In this document: in pieces, positions 58,420 through 64,000 of the stretch
Layout of the letters: each line of letters begins with the position of its first letter
Position numbering within the stretch: position 1 is the stretch's first letter
From: a virus
Strand: one strand, 5' to 3'
Length of the DNA stretch: 64,000 nucleotides
Virus record (IMG/VR): IMGVR_UViG_3300020411_000483
Location: 10,021-74,020 of that record
The notes under the pieces: model-generated
The model's input: the letters and a program-made list of their open reading frames with translations, nothing else
Told to the model about the DNA's origin: nothing
Database searches by the model: none
Program-made: the position numbers and the translations under genes

Positions 58420-58693
58420 AGACAATTAATCGAGATAATTAACACAAATACATTTAAAATAACATTTAATTGTTTTCCACAATTATGCGTAATCCTGTGG
58501 AAAAGTGTTAATTAGTTGTTGAAATCGTCCTTTGAATTGTTTACATTTAGTTGATGTAATCGTTTCTTTCTAATGTTATCATAGATGATAATTGTAATCT
58601 CCTTAAGTGTTATCCAGACATAGTGAATTTGTTTAAGGTTTGAGATACTTCCATTCTTGTAATTCTTCGTCATAGTACTTACATTGTGGAAAA
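58420..58693. other. AT-rich tract with three TTTTCCACA (cyanobacterial DnaA-box-like) sites; candidate origin
   Basis: TTTTCCACA at 58473-58481; TGTGGAAAA at 58496-58504 and 58685-58693. Confidence 0.4.
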
Positions 58694-58878
58694 CTGTTTG
58701 TATAACATAGGACATTAACTTCATTGTATTTGTTCATACTATGCTCTGCTAATTCTTTTGATTTTAACCATCTATTAGTCGTTACAGTTATGTATTCATT
58801 AGAGATGAAATTAACCTCTCCTTGTTCTCCATCAGGGAGCATAATCTTTAGACCCTTTTTTAACACTTTTGGGAGCAT
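58633..58878 (-). CDS. Hypothetical protein (likely start MLPKV at 58878)
   Basis: Part of track ORF 58633-58968; G.V.FIS.EYITV...EVNVLCY. Confidence 0.6.
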   Translation of the reverse strand: MLPKVLKKGLKIMLPDGEQGEVNFISNEYITVTTNRWLKSKELAEHSMNKYNEVNVLCYTNSFPQCKYYDEELQEWKYLKP

Positions 58879-59152
58879 AATTTGGATGTAGTTAGTGTTA
58901 TATAGTGAAAAAAATCCGTGCCGTCCACATACTAATAGTTGTGTAAAGTACGGTAAGGTTTGTAACAATATTTCTGGTCATATTGCTGTTGAGTTTGTAT
59001 TACTTTAGATGGGGTAGATTTGATGTGGTTTGTGTTACTTTTTGGTTGGATGATTTGCATAGAATTGTGTTAAGAAGTAGTAACGGATTGTAGGTGTGGG
59101 GTTAACAAGTTGTTCGTAAACATCTTGTGGTAATTCGTGATACTTAGAAGAG

Positions 59153-59344
59153 TTAATCTTCCTGGAATTGTTCTTCATCTTCTGGGGGAAATTGCTTGAG
59201 TTTAACATCACTTAGTGCTGAAATCATCGTCCATACTTTCTCACCTGAAAGTTGAAATTCTCGGCATAAGTATTCAACAGAGTCCTCAATCGTGTTGAGA
59301 ACTTCTATTGCTTCTGCCTGTAATTGTGCGTCTTCGTTATTCAT
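59153..59344 (-). CDS. Hypothetical early protein
   Basis: EVLNTIEDSVEYLCRE..LSGEKVWT; overlaps the upstream gene. Confidence 0.7.
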   Translation of the reverse strand: MNNEDAQLQAEAIEVLNTIEDSVEYLCREFQLSGEKVWTMISALSDVKLKQFPPEDEEQFQED

Positions 59345-59546
59345 TAGTAGAAAAAGTTTGTTGGACTAAATGATCTTTAAAAAGGGTTAATTGCACCAAG
59401 GGGGGAAAGTTAGGGTCGATATTGTGAATTTCGATGTTACTAACTTCGTGATATCTTCCTGTAATATCATCATAAATTGTGACGTTAGTTTGCAATTCAT
59501 CTTTACTTAGTGAGCGAAGTTTACAGAGAAGTTCTTCATAAGTCAT
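59337..59546 (-). CDS. Hypothetical early protein, paralog of 63845-64000
   Basis: MTY..LL..L......L...V.IYD...G....V...DPNFPP. Confidence 0.72.
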   Translation of the reverse strand: MTYEELLCKLRSLSKDELQTNVTIYDDITGRYHEVSNIEIHNIDPNFPPLVQLTLFKDHLVQQTFSTNE

Positions 59547-59572
59547 GGAAATATGCCTTTAGTTAATACTAT

Positions 59573-59701
59573 TTACTGGCATAAATCTTCAAACCTTTGT
59601 TTAGCAATAGTCTCGCATTGTTCCTCATCAAATTGAGGATATTCTTCTAAAACTTCTTCATATAAAGTTTCAAGAATTGACTCGTGATGTAATACTGACA
59701 T
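59573..59701 (-). CDS. Small acidic hypothetical protein (42 aa)
   Basis: Not in track: MSVLHHESILETLYEEVLEEYPQFDEEQCETIAKQRFEDLCQ; AGGAG RBS. Confidence 0.65.
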   Translation of the reverse strand: MSVLHHESILETLYEEVLEEYPQFDEEQCETIAKQRFEDLCQ

Positions 59702-59703
59702 GA

Positions 59704-59841
59704 TTAATAACTCCTGTGAGGGTGAACAACTGTGCTGATACTATCTAATACATTAGAGGTTAAAATGCGTGCATTAGTTCTCAAGTTAAATGCGTTAGTT
59801 AGTAATACAAATAAAAGGAAAAATGTGCCTAGATGTTTCAT
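59704..59841 (-). CDS. Small hypothetical protein with hydrophobic N-terminus (45 aa)
   Basis: Not in track: MKHLGTFFLLFVLLTNAFNLR...; fills the gap between neighbours. Confidence 0.5.
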   Translation of the reverse strand: MKHLGTFFLLFVLLTNAFNLRTNARILTSNVLDSISTVVHPHRSY

Positions 59842-59843
59842 AA

Positions 59844-60107
59844 TTAAAAAGATAATTGTGGGTTAGTTTCTAATATTATGTCTCTGCATCTTTCTCTGTC
59901 TAAACTATCACCACCACCCCAAGAATAGTGGACATATTCTAGATCTCCCTTTTCAATTCTTTCAATGTAAATATTAAATGCTTGGACAATATCCAACTTA
60001 GTTAAACCTTTAATTGGATAAAGATCGCTGTCTGGTGAATAGAAAGACCAAACATAATTTACAAATTCTGTTAAGTTAGTCATGATAATTAGGTGGCGAA
60101 AGTACAA
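59844..60107 (-). CDS. Hypothetical early protein (likely start MTNLTEF)
   Basis: EFVNYVWSFY....LYP...WGGGDSLDRE.CRDI. Confidence 0.72.
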   Translation of the reverse strand: MYFRHLIIMTNLTEFVNYVWSFYSPDSDLYPIKGLTKLDIVQAFNIYIERIEKGDLEYVHYSWGGGDSLDRERCRDIILETNPQLSF

Positions 60108-60136
60108 AGAAATAGAGAGGGGTGACCCTCTCTATT
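60105..60136 (-). terminator. Strong hairpin / intrinsic terminator
   Basis: 11-bp perfect stem AATAGAGAGGG-TCAC-CCCTCTCTATT followed by TCTTT. Confidence 0.7.
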
Positions 60137-60278
60137 CGGCATCGTTGACCTTATCCCATAGGGTGTCAAACTCGTCTGACTCTGTGAAAGGGAATTCAAG
60201 ACTGGCAACTGTGGAAAACATCTCTTGAAGTGTTGCGAATTCTTCAGAGGAAAGATTTTGAATGGAAATTGTTTTCAT
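60132..60278 (-). CDS. Small acidic hypothetical protein (48 aa), apparently leaderless
   Basis: Not in track: MKTISIQNLSSEEFATLQEMFSTVASLEFPFTESDEFDTLWDKVNDAE; ATG lies 6 nt after TATAAT. Confidence 0.65.
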   Translation of the reverse strand: MKTISIQNLSSEEFATLQEMFSTVASLEFPFTESDEFDTLWDKVNDAE

Positions 60279-60284
60279 ACCTTT

Positions 60285-60342
60285 ATTATAGTGAGTGATG
60301 GGGTGGAATGGGAGAAATGTGTGACAGTTTCTTTACTGTCCA
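60285..60342 (-). promoter_or_regulatory. Early promoter element A (palindrome + -10)
   Basis: GACAGT-N6-ACTGTC (60323-60340), then TATAAT (60285-60290). Confidence 0.72.
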
Positions 60343-60524
60343 TTTCTGTATTCACCCATTAGGCACTTGCCGTAATATACAGCAGCATATCCATATTCTT
60401 CGGATAGGTCGAGGCATAGACCCCAACACTCGTCTAAAGTCCTTTTGACACTATTCTCAAAAGGTGCGGATGGGCAAACTACTGTGTAAGGTAGTGATGG
60501 ATTGAAAGCGATTGAATTATTCAT
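60333..60524 (-). CDS. Hypothetical early protein (start revised to MNNSIAF)
   Basis: ATG lies 6 nt after CATACT; motif CWGLCLDLSEEYGYA.V.YG...MGEY.NG. Confidence 0.72.
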   Translation of the reverse strand: MNNSIAFNPSLPYTVVCPSAPFENSVKRTLDECWGLCLDLSEEYGYAAVYYGKCLMGEYRNGQ

Positions 60525-60530
60525 ACTATA

Positions 60531-60590
60531 AGTATGACACACTTTGGGGCAAAAATCAAGCGACCTTGTGACACTTTGTAGGATGGCACA
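60531..60590 (-). promoter_or_regulatory. Early promoter element B
   Basis: TGTGCCATC-N6-AGTGTCACA, then TTGATT-17 nt-CATACT. Confidence 0.68.
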
Positions 60591-60767
60591 TCAATTCTCT
60601 TCTACTTCTCTGATAGAATTGACATCCCATTCTGATACATACTCATCTAATACTTCAAATGAGTTTATATCTTTTCTTGCTAATTCGATTGCTTGTTCTT
60701 CACTTTGTGCATCAACTTCGATAGTAAAATAGTTAATTTCTGCACACTCAATTAGATATGATTTCAT
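60591..60767 (-). CDS. Small acidic hypothetical protein (58 aa)
   Basis: Not in track: MKSYLIECAEINYFTIEVDAQSEEQAIELARKDINSFEVLDEYVSEWDVNSIREVEEN; TAATG overlap upstream. Confidence 0.7.
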   Translation of the reverse strand: MKSYLIECAEINYFTIEVDAQSEEQAIELARKDINSFEVLDEYVSEWDVNSIREVEEN

Positions 60768-60985
60768 TATACTAACTCCCTATCTAATTTGTGGACTCTT
60801 TGTATTACTAACTCACGATGGATTGCAAATAGTTTGGTGAAGTTAACACCCTCAAAATCAGTCCATTCTGATACATAACCCCAGTTATGTAAGTCAGGTG
60901 TGTTGTTAGTAAATGTGGGACAATAACAAAACTCGTTATCATCATCTAACCAGAATGTCATGCCGAATGTGTCAGAATTAAACAT
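60767..60985 (-). CDS. Hypothetical early protein
   Basis: ORF track; F.S..FG..FW.DD...F...PT....TPD. Confidence 0.7.
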   Translation of the reverse strand: MFNSDTFGMTFWLDDDNEFCYCPTFTNNTPDLHNWGYVSEWTDFEGVNFTKLFAIHRELVIQRVHKLDRELV

Positions 60986-60990
60986 AATAA

Positions 60991-61200
60991 TTAATACTCC
61001 TCCTGTGCAATAAATGGGATAATGTTATCAACTTGAACTTTATATCCTACTACCTTAGCATTAAAATGCTCGTCTAATTCATCATCATAATATGATAGAT
61101 TAGAGTTTAAATATGCTTGGATTTCTTCACATAAATGTAAAGGATTTGGTTCGTCTCCATCCTCACAAACTATGCGAAATGAGTAGTTGTAAGTTTTCAT
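60991..61200 (-). CDS. Hypothetical acidic early protein
   Basis: ORF track; tightly packed with neighbours. Confidence 0.68.
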   Translation of the reverse strand: MKTYNYSFRIVCEDGDEPNPLHLCEEIQAYLNSNLSYYDDELDEHFNAKVVGYKVQVDNIIPFIAQEEY

Positions 61201-61320
61201 TTAGTCCTCTGAATCCATGTAAGCAAATAATTCACAACCGATGTTAAAATCATCGTGTTCGGTGTTACCTACCCAAACTTGTAGGATTTCTTCGTAACAT
61301 TCAAATGGAAGTGATTTCAT
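61201..61320 (-). CDS. Small hypothetical protein (39 aa)
   Basis: Not in track: MKSLPFECYEEILQVWVGNTEHDDFNIGCELFAYMDSED; its stop abuts the next ATG. Confidence 0.5.
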   Translation of the reverse strand: MKSLPFECYEEILQVWVGNTEHDDFNIGCELFAYMDSED

Positions 61321-61361
61321 GATAAAGAGAATAATAAAGGACAGTAAAAAGAGATAGTAGT

Positions 61362-61709
61362 TTATACTATCTCTAGGGCAAATTCGTCAAGTAGAATGAG
61401 ACCGTCAAAGAAAGATTTGGTTGCTTGATTGTTACCAATAAACCAATCCCAGTTCTTTTGAAATACTCTGACACCTGTCTTACACTCTGTTAGGATAGCA
61501 TTTAGTCTTGATTTTGTGGTGTTTGTCTCATATCCACAAGATGAGAGTTTCAATGCCTGAGTGTTATGGTCTAGTGTTGCGATGTTGTGACCATGTAGAA
61601 AGACTTGACTGCAATTTGTAGAATCGTTGAAAACAACTGTTGTATTTGACCCAGACCAGTTTGCTTTGTTGGAAAGAGCGAAATTCATTTGCTTTTCAAG
61701 TTTTCTCAT
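61362..61709 (-). CDS. Hypothetical phage early protein (115 aa)
   Basis: MRK.E.QMN.A......W...NT.V...V.LHGH.IA...G..TNTTKSRLNA...VFQKNW.WF; downstream of promoter C. Confidence 0.8.
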   Translation of the reverse strand: MRKLEKQMNFALSNKANWSGSNTTVVFNDSTNCSQVFLHGHNIATLDHNTQALKLSSCGYETNTTKSRLNAILTECKTGVRVFQKNWDWFIGNNQATKSFFDGLILLDEFALEIV

Positions 61710-61734
61710 AAGTGCTTTGGTTGACTACTCTTAT

Positions 61735-61790
61735 ATAATAACCCATTCTAGGGTCAATGGGGGAAATAGTGGACACTTCCTCAACTGGCA
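61735..61790 (-). promoter_or_regulatory. Early promoter element C
   Basis: GCCAGT-N6-AGTGTC, hairpin CCCATT-N8-AATGGG, -10 TATTAT. Confidence 0.7.
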
Positions 61791-63025
61791 TACGATATAG
61801 GCACAACTCCCTCGTTGAATATAGTATTAACAATGGACTGCACTCTTTTATGTGTTTTAGTGCCTATACCTTTTGTTAAAGGTATTCTAACGTAACCGCA
61901 TTTCTTACGATAAAAGTTAATCATACCAGCAGGTATTTTACCTGATTGAATGTTACTTCTGTCTTCATTATGCAGTCTAATTACTCTACCAATAGTTTGT
62001 GCCATTTCAATACTAGGTAGATTTCTTAATAAAATAGTATCACTTAAACCTGGTACATTAATGCCTTCTGATAATATCGAATAATGAAAGATTACAAATC
62101 TTTTGTTATCATCAGCACCCCAATTTGTGAGAGTATTAAAGAACTTATCTCTCCTAACTTTCTGCTGATTGATATATGCACCATGCTTACTTGTGATGTG
62201 CATAATATCATAACCCATCAATTTAAGGTCATTAATTATACTTGTTTGAGACAACATTCTCCACAATACTTTAGTATTAGGTGCAGCAATTAGCACCTTA
62301 TGGTTCTTACCTTCCTCTAAAGATTCTAAGATGTTGATAACATTTTCTCTGTCAACATCGTGGGCATTAATTCTCTCTCTTACTAAATCTGTGTCAAAAG
62401 GTACTACTAAAGGTGGCACAATCTTACCTGATTGTATTAACTCAGCAGCAGCAGTTTGCTCTAGTATGTTACCATAAACTCTGTTATTATCCATCCCTCT
62501 TTCTTTACTTTGTCCTCTACCTATACGTGGTGTAGCAGTAAAATAGTATCTGCGATTAGCATACTTAGATGTTGCTAATACTGCCTCAAAAAAGTGCTTA
62601 CTTGTGCCATTATGTGCTTCATCAAAGTAAATATTATGGATAGGTATGTCAGCATCAACAATACGATGCAAACTATGGTAAGTTGTGTATATTATATGGT
62701 GTGAATCATTGTTGTTAACGTAGTCTGCAATCTCTTCCGCATTAGTAGAACTAAACTCCTTAACTTCTCCACTATGCACGTGCGAAATGCGGACATCTTC
62801 ATCAACTAAATGCTCGCTAAACTCAGAATGTAGTTGATTAGATAACAAAATCCGTGGTGCAACAACTACACTAATTAAACCAGAATATGCAGTCCTTAAT
62901 TGTTCTTTTAAGTCTGCTATCATAATATACGTTTTACCTCCACCTGTAGGTATAAGTATTTGTCCGCAATCTTCAGATTGCATGTTATCAAATGCCCTCT
63001 GTTGGTGTGGTTGTAATTGAATCAA
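61781..63025 (-). CDS. Superfamily 2 DEAH-box helicase (type III restriction Res-like fold)
   Basis: PTGGGKT (motif I), DEAH (II), TAT (III), SEGINVP (V), QTIGRVIR (VI); TTG start with GGAGG RBS. Confidence 0.9.
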   Translation of the reverse strand: MIQLQPHQQRAFDNMQSEDCGQILIPTGGGKTYIMIADLKEQLRTAYSGLISVVVAPRILLSNQLHSEFSEHLVDEDVRISHVHSGEVKEFSSTNAEEIADYVNNNDSHHIIYTTYHSLHRIVDADIPIHNIYFDEAHNGTSKHFFEAVLATSKYANRRYYFTATPRIGRGQSKERGMDNNRVYGNILEQTAAAELIQSGKIVPPLVVPFDTDLVRERINAHDVDRENVINILESLEEGKNHKVLIAAPNTKVLWRMLSQTSIINDLKLMGYDIMHITSKHGAYINQQKVRRDKFFNTLTNWGADDNKRFVIFHYSILSEGINVPGLSDTILLRNLPSIEMAQTIGRVIRLHNEDRSNIQSGKIPAGMINFYRKKCGYVRIPLTKGIGTKTHKRVQSIVNTIFNEGVVPISYAS

Positions 63026-63048
63026 TAGGGTTTCCTCCGAATGAATAC

Positions 63049-63106
63049 ATTATAAAAGAAAAATGCCCCTAGATGGGGCATTAGTGTGTCACTTAGTCAA
63101 CTGGTC
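63049..63106 (-). promoter_or_regulatory. Early promoter element D
   Basis: ACCAGT-N6-AGTGAC, embedded hairpin, -10 TATAAT (63049-63054). Confidence 0.72.
63054..63082 (-). terminator. Intrinsic terminator embedded in promoter D
   Basis: AATGCCCC-ATCTA-GGGGCATT followed by TTTCTTTT. Confidence 0.7.
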
Positions 63107-63356
63107 TATTCGGGTTGCCCAGTTGTGGGATGACATGGAAATCAACAACATTAAACAGTTTATCGAAGATACATTCATTGACTTGTGCAATCATGTTTCT
63201 TTTAGTCACAAACTGTTTTTTCTTAGTTGTATAATAACCCTCAGAGTCTAGGATAGTTTGTATTTTTAAAAACCATCTTTCTGAGGTGTCACCATTAACA
63301 TTCTTGACTGGATACCAATCATAAATGGTTTCTTTATTGGATGAGATTAATTGCAT
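63093..63356 (-). CDS. Hypothetical early protein (87 aa)
   Basis: ORF track; its stop lies in element D. Confidence 0.68.
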   Translation of the reverse strand: MQLISSNKETIYDWYPVKNVNGDTSERWFLKIQTILDSEGYYTTKKKQFVTKRNMIAQVNECIFDKLFNVVDFHVIPQLGNPNRPVD

Positions 63357-63466
63357 TAAACCTCATCATCTGTTGCTAGATAGTCATCAATAACTGCCAA
63401 CAGTTCTTCAGAGGTTTGTGCATCCTCAAGAAGATTAAACAATGCAACTTCAGAATTAAATGCCAT
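63356..63466 (-). CDS. Small acidic hypothetical protein (36 aa)
   Basis: Not in track: MAFNSEVALFNLLEDAQTSEELLAVIDDYLATDDEV; TAATG overlap downstream. Confidence 0.6.
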   Translation of the reverse strand: MAFNSEVALFNLLEDAQTSEELLAVIDDYLATDDEV

Positions 63467-63496
63467 CGGATTGATAGGATAGAGTGGATAAGGTGA

Positions 63497-63583
63497 GAGA
63501 AACAAAAACTGGACTTACGAGTCAGTTACTGTGAGAGGCATAACCCATGACTCCAGATGAGCAATGCCAGTTTTGTTTCCCAT
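63497..63583 (-). ncRNA. Structured 5' leader RNA of unknown class
   Basis: Closing stem GGGAAACAAAACUGG/CCAGUUUUUGUUUCUC enclosing GAGUCA/UGACUC and GUUA/UAAC stems; begins at the predicted TSS of promoter E. Confidence 0.55.
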
Positions 63584-63589
63584 GATGTT

Positions 63590-63645
63590 AATATAACATG
63601 GATTCTACCGAATGGGTAGAATAGTGGACACTTTAGAAATCGTCC
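63590..63645 (-). promoter_or_regulatory. Early promoter element E
   Basis: GACGAT-N6-AGTGTC, hairpin ATTCTACC-N5-GGTAGAAT, -10 TATATT. Confidence 0.7.
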
Positions 63646-63842
63646 TCATCTGGTGCCTCGTGTGCATCTAAATCAAACTCATGTAGATAGTAGTCTAATT
63701 CAATGCCTAGATTCTCACAATAAGTAAGAACTTGTTTAGCAACTAATTCATTAGGATATGAAACTTGATGATACTCAGTTTCTAATACACATGCACCAGA
63801 TTCATCATCTGGGAATACACTTTCATCATGAATGTAGGTCAT
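63633..63842 (-). CDS. Hypothetical acidic early protein
   Basis: ORF track; GGAG RBS; its stop lies in element E. Confidence 0.68.
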   Translation of the reverse strand: MTYIHDESVFPDDESGACVLETEYHQVSYPNELVAKQVLTYCENLGIELDYYLHEFDLDAHEAPDEDDF

Positions 63843-63844
63843 GT

Positions 63845-64000
63845 TTAAATCTCCAAAAAAGGTGGGAAGTTTTGAGGGTCATTAACTAATACTCCAACAG
63901 GTGAAAATTCACCGTTGAATGTATCATAAACTGATACTTCTTTAAGAAGTAAATCATCATCAAAAGACTGTAATTCAGTCAATAAGTCAAGATAAGTCAT
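63845..64000 (-). CDS. Hypothetical early protein (51 aa), paralog of 59337-59546
   Basis: Not in track; ATG at the window edge: MTYLDLLTELQSFDDDLLLKEVSVYDTFNGEFSPVGVLVNDPQNFPPFLEI. Confidence 0.65.
   Translation of the reverse strand: MTYLDLLTELQSFDDDLLLKEVSVYDTFNGEFSPVGVLVNDPQNFPPFLEI

Noticed and set aside
58512-58724. Minus-strand 70-aa ORF
   Set aside because: Low-complexity N/K/I-rich translation overlapping a better ORF in an AT-rich tract; not supportable.
60323-60340. Early palindrome as an NtcA or CRP site
   Set aside because: Does not fit GTA-N8-TAC or TGTGA-N6-TCACA.
61781-63025. Type III restriction-modification system
   Set aside because: No methyltransferase gene and no PD-(D/E)xK nuclease domain evident.
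57800-64000. tRNA genes, introns or homing endonucleases
   Set aside because: No cloverleaf/TTCGA arm or HNH, GIY-YIG or LAGLIDADG motif recognised by eye; tRNAscan-SE was not run.

Overview
This window is part of the genome of a T4-like marine cyanomyovirus (Prochlorococcus/Synechococcus phage); essentially all genes lie on the minus strand. Read in transcription order (right to left) there are four parts. (1) 57.4-64 kb is an early region of tiny ORFs plus an SF2 helicase, organised by five copies of a palindrome/hairpin/-10 promoter element, with a structured leader RNA, an AT-rich tract carrying cyanobacterial-type DnaA boxes, and a probable promoter-driven ncRNA. (2) 52.3-57.4 kb holds a structural protein, a PAAR-like spike tip, a small basic peptide, heme oxygenase ho1 and a minimal SET-domain protein. 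(3) 1.8-52.3 kb is the baseplate/neck module: g25, g6, a 7858-aa g7, a g9/10-like protein, a YHYH protein, g8, a VrlC/DUF4815-like protein, a fibre, then g13-g16. (4) 1-1.8 kb is the start of the variable region after g16, with plastocyanin petE and an SNase-like nuclease under T4 late promoters. The most notable observations are the nested repeat architecture of g7, the SET gene coupled to g25, blue-copper-type motifs in putative virion proteins, the early promoter cassette array, and the origin-like/ncRNA boundary region. All calls come from reading the sequence by eye; no searches were run.
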